Positions 1 through 11,438 of a DNA stretch of 64,000 nt are shown here, in pieces (positions within the stretch are counted from its first letter, which is position 1; each line of letters opens with the position of its first letter). Source of the stretch: Cyanophora paradoxa CCMP329 (taxonomy: Eukaryota; Plantae; Glaucophyta). The notes beneath the pieces are model-generated. The model was not told where the DNA came from. It worked only from the letters and a program-made list of their open reading frames with translations, and did not search any database. The stretch covers positions 1 through 64,000 of the forward strand of contig QPMI01000132.1 of the NCBI GenBank assembly GCA_004431415.1, read 5' to 3'. Position numbers and translations under genes: made by a program.

Positions 1-135
1 TGCTGGCGCGCAGGAGGCGGCGGGCACCGTGGTGGCCATCGCGGCGGTGGCAGGGGCGGCTACCAGAGCGGCGGTGGAGGCGGCGGCCAAGGCGGGACGG
101 GATCTAACGCCACCCTCCTCGGCAATCCCGCCCCG

Positions 136-2831
136 ATGCAGCGCCCGACTGGCCCCGTTGTTGACGCGCCGTCTTCGCGCCCGACTGGCCCCGTTGTTGA
201 CGCGCCGTCTTCGCGCCCGGCTGGCCCCGTCACTGACGCGCTGCCTTCGCGCCCGACTGGCTCCGTTGCTGACGCGCCGTCTCCGCGCCCGACCGGCCCC
301 ATCGCTAACGCGCCGCCCCCGAACCCTCGCCCGACTGACCACGGAGACGCCGTGCAGTCCGGTGGTCCTGACTCGGGCCGGGAGACCGAGGCTACGACGG
401 ACAGCCTGGCCATGGTACCGATCGCTCCGGTGCAAACTGTCCCGATCACGCCGACGCAGCCCTCGGCATCGGACATCGCGCACTTCGTTCGGGACGTCAA
501 CGCCACGACGGCGACGCAGCCGGTAACGTCGGCGGCGGAGAGGACGGCCCCCGTCCCCGTCGCCATCCCCGTCGCTGAACCCGCGTCGCCGTCCCCCTCG
601 TCGACTCACGCGACCGGCCCGTCGTCGCCGGCCCCGTCTGACTTGTCGACAGAGATGGAAACGGGAAGCCGTACTGCGGCCGAGTCCCGTGTTCCAATTC
701 GGTGTGCGCAGCCCCGGCGGGGCGTCACTGCCGGCAGTATCCGCGACCTCATCAACGCTGGCCTCCGCCGGCACGACCACACTCGCATGTCCGCCGCCTT
801 GGCTCCCGTCACGTCCAAGAAAACCCCGCTCTTCACTCGAAACTTTGGCCGTATGCACCGCCCGCGCCCGAACGCCATCAATCCCGTCGCCCGCGTCGCA
901 GTCACGAGGTCGCTCACCTTCGCGGCCGCCCCCTCGGCGAAGAGCACGAACTCCGACGCTGACTCTGTGCGGGAGCCGAAGACCCGGACGTACTGCGCCC
1001 TGGGGGACCCCGTCACAGAGTCGCCGATGGACACTGCACTCGGCCCGCTAACCTCCAAATCGAGCACCGACTCCCCCGCAGCCACCTCGCAGCAGGAGGG
1101 GAACGTCTCGAAGGGAAGTGGGCGGCCGACCCCGAACTACAAGGCCCCGCCCGCCAAGATGCCCGAAATCGACTCGCTACCGGCGGTCGAGGGCTGCGAG
1201 TCCTTGGTACCCCTTTGCACTGACTGGCTCGACAACGTTGCTTACAACATGCACACTCGCCGTGTTAACAACCGCATGCCGTCGACGGATCCAGTGACTG
1301 ACTGGCTTCGTGATGCATCCCTTCGAGCGACCAGCGCCAGATCCACGGCGTGACCATCCTTTACTGCCCCGCCCTCCAGAGCTCACGACGTACCTCGAGC
1401 CGAAGGGCCCGGTGTCTGCTGGCTCGCGTCGCAACGCTATCGATGCGGAAGGCGACTCGCGAGGAGGCGCGCGCGCACCGCTTCCCCAAGCCCCACGACA
1501 ACATGTACCCCGTCTTCCACGCAGGCCTCATTACCGTACCGCGGTATTCACGGAGGATGCGCACATGCCTCGCCGTCGGAACCTGTCTTCGCCAACGAGA
1601 CGTGTGCTGACTGCCACCCCATGTCGTCGGCCGCAGGAGAATGGTACCCTGTGTTGCCCGCCCCATTCCCTCGGCACACCGTCGTGACGCGCCCAATGAC
1701 GGACTTCGTACTGTCTCACTTCCGCGCTCATCGCTGCGCTTGAAAGCCTCCCTACGTCGCACCCCGTTCGTGACCCGACCAGGGAGATGGAGTTCTTTGT
1801 GATCGCGCCGCGACATCTCCGGACACGCGAGAACGGGCGGTTCCCGATCTCCGCGGCGCTCGACGTGAACCCCGGCATCCCGTGCGCTGACGGCACTCAC
1901 GCTCACCACAGCCACCCGCATTGGCACTTGCTGGCGAGCCCGCCGCTCATCAACCCGAAAGGCCACAGTGAGCACAAGCGTCTGAATGCGGCCGTCACAC
2001 GCATCATTGCAGACACGGCCACTGAGGATGACGTGACAACGTTGCGCACGTGGATCGCAATCGCCCGTGAGACGACGACTATCGCGGCAATTAACACTAA
2101 CATCTCGAACACCAACGAGCAGCTTCGCCGGCCCTACCGGGGCGCTGAGGGCGAGCACTGTTACACTTGGTTGAAATGGCAGCGATGGCCATCACGAACA
2201 CGGGCGCCCGCCCGCCTCGCACGCGGCACAGGCTGCGGCCAACCACGTCACGAGTGTACTGCGTAAGGAGCTCGAGGCATTCGATGTTGACACTACGGTT
2301 CAGGCAATCGTCAACGCTCTGTGCGCCCGTCGTGTCTTCACTTTCACCGACGGCGCCATGGACACAACCGACGGCGCCGCCTGCACCTACGACAACGCTG
2401 ACGCTCCAGGAGCTGCTGTCGTCGAGTCCCTCCTGAACCGTGTCAAGACGTCCTTCACCGACGCGCAGAACCGCAGCCCAACATTCATGCGCCCCAACCG
2501 ACGAACGGCCGCTGTCAATTACGTTGAGAGCACACTCCGCACGTACCTCCGTGGCTACGACGTCGAGTCTACGATCCTACTTCTCGTCTACATTCTCGAG
2601 CGCGAGGGTGAGCTACGGTTCGCCTCAGGCCCTGACGCGACTTCGGCAAGGCTGCTGACGCCTACGCTCGTTTCGTCGCGGCAACGCTCCGACCGACCCG
2701 TCGCCGGACCCAGCTCTGTCGCGACGGCAGAGGGCCTCGCCCCTGAGGACAAGACGCCAATCGTCCGCCGACCACGCACATCCACCCGCGCCCGCCGTAC
2801 TGCGGCCCAAGGCGTCGGAGGACAGGGCTGA
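136..2831 (+). CDS. Element A Pro/Thr-rich N-terminus plus gag-like region (frameshifted)
   Basis: EQLRRPYRGAEGEHCYTWLKW aligns by eye with RALTEPYTGEDPRSWHDW (B) and AAINAAYTGEDPLTWVNW (C). ORF pieces are 136..1353, 1787..2266 and 2358..2831. Confidence 0.5.
141..338 (+). repeat. 36-bp coding tandem repeat (RPTGPVVDAPSS, ~5 copies)
   Basis: Unit gcgcccgactggccccgttgttgacgcgccgtcttc is repeated with increasing divergence. Confidence 0.85.
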
Positions 2832-5800
2832 CAATGACCCCATCAACCGCAACCGGAAGTTGCGCGAGATGCTGATGGACATTGCGGAAGACTCGATCAC
2901 GCATATCGCTCGTCGCCACCAGGCAGCGGGGAGGTATGAGCGCGAGGGTGGAGACGCGTCTTCGCCTCTCGCACGGTCGAGAAGATCATGGTCAGTGTTG
3001 GGGACAGCAAATTCTTCTCTTCCTGTCGCCAGTCGACATGCTGCACGTGCCACACGTGCAGCATCGGCCCGATGGCTCACCGTCATCGTGAACCACCGGC
3101 TCCGTGCATCAGTGATCAGCATTGCGCACCGCTACTACGAGTACATCGACTCGACCACGGGCAACACGGTGACAATGACTAACGTCGAGCTTCAGGAGCA
3201 CTGCGCTCTGCACAACGCCGCCGTACATGGAGTTCGTCCGCAATGCCCCGTACCGTCGCCAACTCACGCAGCGCACGCCGTACCCGAGTACTCTGCGACC
3301 TGACGATGCACCGGCGGACATCACGCTCGACGCTCTGTACGGAGTGACGATGGAAATGAAGACGCTCTTCCTGCGGATTATCGGTCTGTTAATGGATATC
3401 ACCCCACAGGGAACGACGTCTTTGACGGGGAACGACGACTGGCCTCGGGTCGCTGACATCTTCCTTAACGTCGACGTCAGCCCTTCACCGTCCGCGCCAG
3501 CACCCTCCGGCTGGCGTTCGCGACGCGAGTACTGGACCGATAGGCACTCGGCCAATCATTCTCGCCCCGGGAGTTGTCAACACCTCTGGGCAGGACACGT
3601 CCGACTCGCGCGAACGACTGTGAACGCGTCGCTTCCCGTCTGCTTGTCGGCACCGGCGTTCTACTCATGCTCACGGCGTTAATGCACCCCGTCGATGAGC
3701 CGAACACGCGCCTCGGCCGACACCAACTGATCTTCCGCCCTACCCGGTGCCTGAGACCACGGTCGCTGCAGCTGGGGAGTGAGCCGCAAGTTGGCGTCGA
3801 TTTACGTCGCTGCCGTTCTACACGACTGGCCGGCTCGACAGCGGACAAGATTAAGCCGCATCTCACTCTCCGAACCAACGACGTCGACATGGAGTACTTG
3901 CGACTCGCCGCCGAGAACGCGCGACTTCGGGACCCGACGCAGTTTCGGCGAGGTACCTCGAAGTCCACAACGTGTTGACAGACATCCTTCGTCGCCGCAC
4001 GCCTGGAACGCCGTCCCCGACCACTCCGCCCGACAAGCACGCGCAGCTGCTGGCCGACGAACAGCTCGCACGTGAACTGCAGGCTCGCCTCGACGCCGAA
4101 GCTGCCAAGGGAGAGGACCCGGTGCAGGCCGCGGCGCAAGCCCCTACTTGCAGGCTGCAATCGGTGGTATTGCTCGTGGCCGCACCATGGACGCCCGTCG
4201 CCGTACTGCGGCAGCACAGGCTCCACCGCGCCAATCGGCGAGGCACGGGGGAACGGTCAGGGGCCGCGGCCGCGCGCTCCCGATTCATACCAGCCGGCCC
4301 CAGACCCGGGCAACCCTCACTACCACGACGACGACATGACGTGCCCAACGGCACCGGTGACACCGCCGACCGACGCCCGGAGCCCCCGGCCCGCGGAACG
4401 ACCCACCCCCTGCGCCCGAGGTGACGGCCTCGTCGACGGACACTCCGGACGCCCAGCCCGTTGCACCCGCGACGACGACTCCGGACGCCCAGCCCGTTGC
4501 ACCCGTGACGACGACTCCGGTGACCCCGACGCCCGCTCTCGAGACGCCGGTCTCGTCGACGGCCGCTCGAGATGCTTCGCCCATCGCACCGGCGATGGCG
4601 ACCTCGCTGACGACCCCGCACAGCGTCCCGTCCCCCACGGCCGTGGCTGCGGTCTCGACGGCCCCGTCGCCTGCGCCTGAGCTACTGGCCCCGTCCGACG
4701 CCCCGCCAGCCCCGGCCACGACTGTGACGGCGGCCCCGCCGCAGAGCCCGGCCCAACCCCCGATGCTGCCGATCCCGTCACTTCACCCCGACTACACTGC
4801 ACCGACCGACGCGTCGATGCCTGACTCGACGACTGCCGACTCGTCGGGCACTGAGAGGACCGAGGACGTGCCCATGGGCGACCCGCGCGTTTCGAGGGGA
4901 ATCATCGTCGACACGCCGACCTTGCCGAGCCCTCACGACGACCGTGACAGTCCTCCTGACACCGACGAAGACACGTCCAGCGACTCGGAGCCGAGATCAA
5001 GGACGTGGCCGCCGACCTTGGACACCGCCACGCCTGGACGATCCTTCGCCTCAAGCCGTGGTGCACAACCAGCTGCGTGCGTACCTGGACACGCCGCGAC
5101 GCTTTCATGGTCACAACGACGACGACGGATTGGCGCAAGACCCCTGAGACGCCGACCCTCTTCGCCGCCAGCGAGCTCACGAGCTGCATGCACCTCGCAG
5201 CTGCCGCAGCAACACGCCTACTGGGCAACCGTTGCTGGGTACTCGCCCGAGTGACCAGGCTCACTACCTCCTTCAACATCTGACCGAATTCCGCTCCGTC
5301 ATCCACGTCATCATGCGCCTCGCGCGGGCTCAGCCCTTCGCGCCTGGGGAGACGGCGACCACGTGGCCTCACCCGAACGACCCGCTCGCCGATGTCCTCG
5401 GACGGCCAGAGATGCTGGAGCTGTTTGGTTTGACACCGACAGAGTTCACTCTTGTACACCAGTCCAAGACTCCAGTCGTACCGTGCATCCTTCAGGTGGC
5501 TGTCAACCTTGCCCGCAATCTCCGGACGCTGCACTACGACGTGGAGATGACGGAGAGCGATGAACGGTTCTTGAACTTCGACAAGATCACGAACACGGCG
5601 ACGCGCCTTGCAACAATCAGGCAACTGGTCCAAACTGTCAAGTTCACGGCCCCGCTCACAGGACCTGACGACATCTATCTGTCTACGCTTCGACACGGTT
5701 CACCGCCGCCCGACATCGCCTTGTCGATGCGTTCGACGGCCCTGGCGCGGGCGTGGGACATCGCTGCATACTTCGACCATTACAAGTGGGACGAGACGCG

Positions 5801-8800
5801 CGACCGCTACGGGGATAGCCGATTTGCTCACCTCTACGACGTTCGTGACCCAGCACCGAGCTCCGACCGTCCATGGCCGACGAGTCACGCGCCGTTGCTG
5901 TCAATGCTCACCGAGCAAGTCGAGAACGTACTCCGCCTCGTCAACATCACAGCCGACGTCGAGGGCCCCGGCAACTTCCTGCGCCGTTACTACACGTCCG
6001 TTTCAACCCGAAATCCGACGCGAACCCGGCTACGAACCAGCGGGCGACCGCCGAGCTCGCGGAGGAGATCCGGCTGAACAGCCAGTTAGCAGTGGTCGCG
6101 GCACGCGATGTCCATCGTCTGCGCACGCCCCCCGTCAGCGAGTCCGACCTACACCACTGTCTTCGCACGGACTGTCCCGTCACCGCTCCGGCGTCCTCCC
6201 TCAAATTTCACGAACGTCGTCGCCGCGTCTGTCACGGAGACGACTGCGCTGGCAAGGCTCGCCGAGCTACATGACACCACCGTTGTCGCGATGTCAATCA
6301 CTACGTTCATGCACAAGCGTCAACTCGCCAAGAAGGGCAAACCGATCCGTCTCGAATCGCGACTGCACGCCCCGTCTTCACCCGAAGCAGCCCGAGCCAG
6401 CTGTCGAGCTCTATTACAACTCTGACCGTTACATAATGGTGCACCCTGAAGAGGCGGCGCTCCTGGCGTGCAAAACTGCGTGGCGCTCCCATATCCTCCA
6501 GCTGACTCTCGAGGCCATGCGTCGCGCGTACAAGCTCGAGACGGAGTCAAGCACTCGTACTGCGAGCAAGCTTGCTTTCGGCCTCGTCGCTCGACTCGAC
6601 ACTGCACTTAGCAAGGCTACGACCACCAGCGCTTGGCGGTAACACGGGCCTTCCTCCTGGACGCCGAGCATCGATTGAATCTGTTCTACTGCATGCTTTA
6701 CCCGCGCTACCGCGATCACCTACTCCCTGTCCTCCCAGTCCGATGGTACCCGTCACCGACCCTCTCGCCGTCCCGGTCCCACGGCCCCTGAGCGCGACGT
6801 TGACGAGTACGGATACCTGACACAGTGGACGTCGGACGGCATCGACATCTTGCCTCGCGTTCCTGACTGGGATTCCTCGTTGACTTGTCGACGACATGAG
6901 CAAGGACACTTTCTGGAACTCCAACACGTACTTCGGGCTTCGCGCCCGCGCTATGGTCTACGGAACAGAGCGCAAGCGCCCCGCGAGAAGCGACCGAATG
7001 ACGAGAAGTTGCAGAAGAAGGAGCGCAAGGCCGCCCGGCTCACTCCCGAGGAGGTCGACTCCATCATCTCCAGAATTTTGAGCGAACTCCACACTGTTCC
7101 TTTCAAGGAGGTGCTACTCTCGGAGAACGCTGACATTCCTGACGTCTATTTCTGGGCCTTCCTCAACGAGGAATGGGCGAAGGCTTCACGGTCGTCGACG
7201 GCGCTGGCTACAGCACGGAGTGTGGCCGGATCTGAGCGGCGTGATGGTCCGACGGGAACCGCGACCTGATTCGACGGAGAACGAGCGCGACACGTTCTAT
7301 GCGGGTTTTGGACGGCGCAACAATCACATCAACGGGGAATTATTCGCCAAACGATCAACGACTGGTACCCAATCCGTCTCCACAATCCTCGCCCCCACTC
7401 CCGTACGGCATGCGCACATACAGCCCCGAGGAGACGCGAGCTGGAGGTGACTTCCTACCTCTGGATACTGATCCGGGACGGGATACCTCCTATCACATCT
7501 TCATGACACGCTTCTCTTCACGAACACGGACTTCCTGGCCACAGCGTACTGCAAAACGATCCAGGAACATGGGCGACACGCGCCCCACATCTTCGCCGTC
7601 GCGCTCACATCCTCGGAGGCCCAGCCCGTTCGGACAGACGGCTGATCTGACGAGGAGCTCACTGTGGAGGACGGGCACAGACCGGAGGAGCTCCCGGAGC
7701 CGCCGCGGTCGAAGAGCTGGAGGGAATCCCGACTCGGGACCCACCCCAGTTCATCCGCCACCACGACAAAGAAGTACATGCACGTCCTAGGTGAGGTCCA
7801 CATGCCATACGTGCTACTCGGCGACTCTGGTCTCGAGGCATTTCTCCGGCGCGTCCCGTACATGCGCCCATTCCTCATGAAGATGCACGTACGCTGGTCG
7901 AACTTCTCGCGAGCACTCAGTCGTGTCCTACGCTACGGCGTCGGCCCGGCACCTACCCGTACCGCGCCGGTGCTCCCGGCCATGGCGAACTCAGCCAGCA
8001 CAACCGCGCGGGCCTGCCCTTCCGATCGTTCCTGATCACGGCCGCCGACGAGTTCCACCCGGCCAACAAGTATGCCGACTACTTCGACTGCATCTACGAC
8101 GAGGACAACCACGCGCACCTCCGTGACTCCGCTTCACGTCAAGATGTCGAACGATGCTTCTACGAGATTGCCATGCCCGACGACCTCAACGCGCCGCCCA
8201 TGACTCTTACGCCGGCCAATGCTGACCTGTGCGGCCCTCGAATCGTCCGATTCACGCACGTTGCACCGGCCGGACCCAGCCGCGGTGCCCCAACACGATC
8301 CAGAACCGCTCGCACATCACTATCTTCGACGCGAACAACCGGAACACCTGGCAGCAGATCATCGCGGGCACGAGGAAACCCCCAAACGAGGCGGCGGGGC
8401 CGCACCCGTGCGGCCCGACCCCAAGTACTTCCCGGTGTCGTCAATGACTACACTGGCCCTGGGGCGTCGTCGTGTCTCTGCGTCGTCGCGGGCCCACGGG
8501 CACCGCGCCTGCAACGCCCCCGTCGTCCACCAGGTCCTGGGGTTCCCGCTTTCGGTACACACTTGGGTGTACGGAATCGCAGCGTACCTGGCGGCGGCAG
8601 TCAAGCTGCACGGTGCCTTGTCGTTCTTCCTCGAGCCCCTACCGGGGAACTCGGGAACATCATCATCGACTACGTTCGTAGCCACGAGGATGAGCTGCAC
8701 TTCCGCTTCACGGCTTCAGGCGAAGTGGCGCGCAGTGCCAAACTCGACAAATGGTACGAGGTCGAGTACCCTGACTGCGAACGCGTCGACCCGGCACATT

Positions 8801-10674
8801 TAATCACAGCCTTCGAATCCCTACTGCACAAGGCAACCAACGACTGGTTGGCGGTCCAGATCAAGCACGAGACACCCCCGGCGGCTCGCGAAGATGTCGA
8901 CATGGATCGAAACCACTGCTGGCCCGTAGCATTCCGACTCCCGGATGGAGTCATCAACGCACTCAACGCCCAAGTCCGGGCGCTGACTTCGATCCCACGA
9001 ACGATCCGTCACACCCGCATCGTCCAGTGTCTATGACGTCAACGCGAGCGCAGTGCGCAACGCTATTATGGATTTCGAACAGCGATACGCCGACATACAC
9101 GAGCAATTCCGTCACGCCGAATATGGCAACTTCACATTCGATCCATTCTACAATGAATTCGGCGCCGCCATCTTCAGTCGCGAACCGCAGGCGCGGGCGC
9201 TACTCCACGGTTGGTTGGAACAATTCGTTTACAATCACGCCACCGTCGACGCGGCGACGAGGCGGCCCATCACGTTCACTAGCCGCGAAGCCTACCGGGC
9301 GGTACAGATCGTCGACGTCCTCCCCTGCGTCACTCCCTGGGCGATCCGGACAACGACAGCCTCCTTCGTCAGATCCCCACATTTACATTGGTCACGGCCC
9401 CCACGGCGCGCCCGTCGACCCGTACGAAGGCCGCACGCGCTTCACTAACATCATGAACTACATCACTACGACGAAGGCAGAGGAGTCGCGCGCGTACATT
9501 TGGGACCGCGCCTCGACGGCAAGATCAAGCTCGTGGGCACGGACGAGTACATTCGTCGGAACCTGGATTGCGCGCAAGCCCTTTGTCCGACCCTTCGTCG
9601 TCTGGTCGACCGACTTCAAGGATCTGCGCACCAACGAGCCGACGGGACTGGCACGCTTCGGTCACATCCAGGGTGTTGTCTTCAAGCCATCTGCAGTAAC
9701 AGGCCTCCGCGTCGTAGTCCTACGGGGACCGAGACGACGGGAACCTCTGACGGCGACGACTCCAGCTCGGACAGTGGTGGCTCCACCGCCGAGTCCGTAG
9801 CTCCATCGGAGACCCCGTCGGCCGGGACGCCGAGCCTAGCCTCGCGCGTGCAGTCGTCCGCGTTCGCCCCCACGGCCTCCTTGGACCGCTCACACGGCAG
9901 CACACGTACACGATCGCATACAACGACCTCACTAATCCCAGGACGTCGACGGATCTCACGATGGGCTGCTGGCTCCTCTACTCTGGACGGGGACCGGACT
10001 ACGAGCGGATCACGTCCGCGCGACACCGTGCCTTCGAGGACCCTGAATTCGCTGCCAGTTATCACTTGTACGACTGGTCGCCGCTTCAGCGGTCTCACCA
10101 ACTCAACGCCCACGCAATCCTGGAGACGCTCCACGAGATCGAGAACTTTCGGTGGGATTTCACAACCTCTCAGGGCCTGTCAGCCGACCTCGCTTTCACT
10201 CGCGCCTTGTTCACTCGGGCGGCCTTCATCCTCAATTCAATCGGCCTCGCGGCGTGGGACGTGGTCCTCCACAATGACTTCCGTAGTCATGACGCTCAAC
10301 GGACACGTTTCTACGAGCGGCACGTACTCCAACGCGACACGCGCCTCCGCCACGCTTGGCCCCAACTCGTCAAATATCTCCGGGCGTCTCTCTCGCGCCA
10401 CCGCGAAGCCATCCCGTTCCGATCCCCCGGAGAGCCTGGCTACCGGCCGGCTGAACGACGGGATGGCGCAGCGGGGACCGAAGTTGACGCGATCAACGAG
10501 ATTCACTATGGCTGGCCCAGCAACCGCCACCTCAACAAGCTCGCAAACGCCGACTGCAAGCCCATCCTTGGCGTCGGATACTTTTCAGCCACAATGCGCA
10601 ATCACCGGCCCCGCTGCGTCTGTCGGCAGCTCCCTGCAGGGCACGCCCATTCGCCGCGACGGACGTCCTCATGA
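2832..10674 (+). CDS. Element A large uncharacterised coding region between gag and protease (multiple frameshifts)
   Basis: Chain of overlapping protein-like + ORFs (e.g. 3227..3682, 5232..6077, 8173..9036, 9053..9448, 9961..10674). Several blocks resemble element B. Confidence 0.65.
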
Positions 10675-11438
10675 ACGTGCACAGGCGGACAACCACGCGG
10701 AAGCGACCTCGCCTCAAGCGGACGGCACCGCTCCCGCCAGCCAGCGTCATCTCCGGTTCGACACCGTGCACACCGTATGAGCAGAGCTACCTCGCCTCGC
10801 TTCGCGTCTGCGCGGCACGCATGTTGGGATTTGACGACGTCGAGGACCCCCTTGACGTTCCCCTCTTCGGCGACGGCGGCCCGTCAGTACCACACCCCAT
10901 TGCGCGAATGACGGACACGAACCGCACGCTCAGAGAGCGCATCAACGACGGCCGAATCTGCGTCAACTTGCATATCGCCGCTATCGATCACCGACGACAA
11001 GTCCTTCAATACCTCCTCACCAAGGCATTGGTGGATACAGGAGCCGCTGCGGACGTACTCGACGGCAGTATCGCCGACAAACTGCCAGGCCTTCGCTACA
11101 GCAACGCTCCGCGCGTGCACCTCACCGGCTTTGGAACGGACATGACTGCCTATGCGCGCATCGCATTCATTGCAATTAAGGTTGGTCCGGTCACAATTCC
11201 GCGGAAGGTCCTCGTCGTCGCGCCTGGTCTCATGGGCAACACTCCAATGCTACTCGGCCTCACAACGCTGGTGGCGCTCAACGCTCACATCGTGCTCGAC
11301 CCAGCAAATTGGGGAATGACGATCACGTCGCCTGACTCCTCGGATGGCGAACGATTCCACGTCCTTTTCGGCTGCGGGCCAGCACGACGGCGGCGTTCTG
11401 GTCCGATTGGCGAAGGACATCACTGTACGGCCGGGTGA
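10671..11438 (+). CDS. Retropepsin-like aspartic protease (element A)
   Basis: ALVDTGAAADV catalytic motif and downstream PMLLG flap-end motif. Confidence 0.85.
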   Translation: MNVHRRTTTRKRPRLKRTAPLPPASVISGSTPCTPYEQSYLASLRVCAARMLGFDDVEDPLDVPLFGDGGPSVPHPIARMTDTNRTLRERINDGRICVNLHIAAIDHRRQVLQYLLTKALVDTGAAADVLDGSIADKLPGLRYSNAPRVHLTGFGTDMTAYARIAFIAIKVGPVTIPRKVLVVAPGLMGNTPMLLGLTTLVALNAHIVLDPANWGMTITSPDSSDGERFHVLFGCGPARRRRSGPIGEGHHCTAG

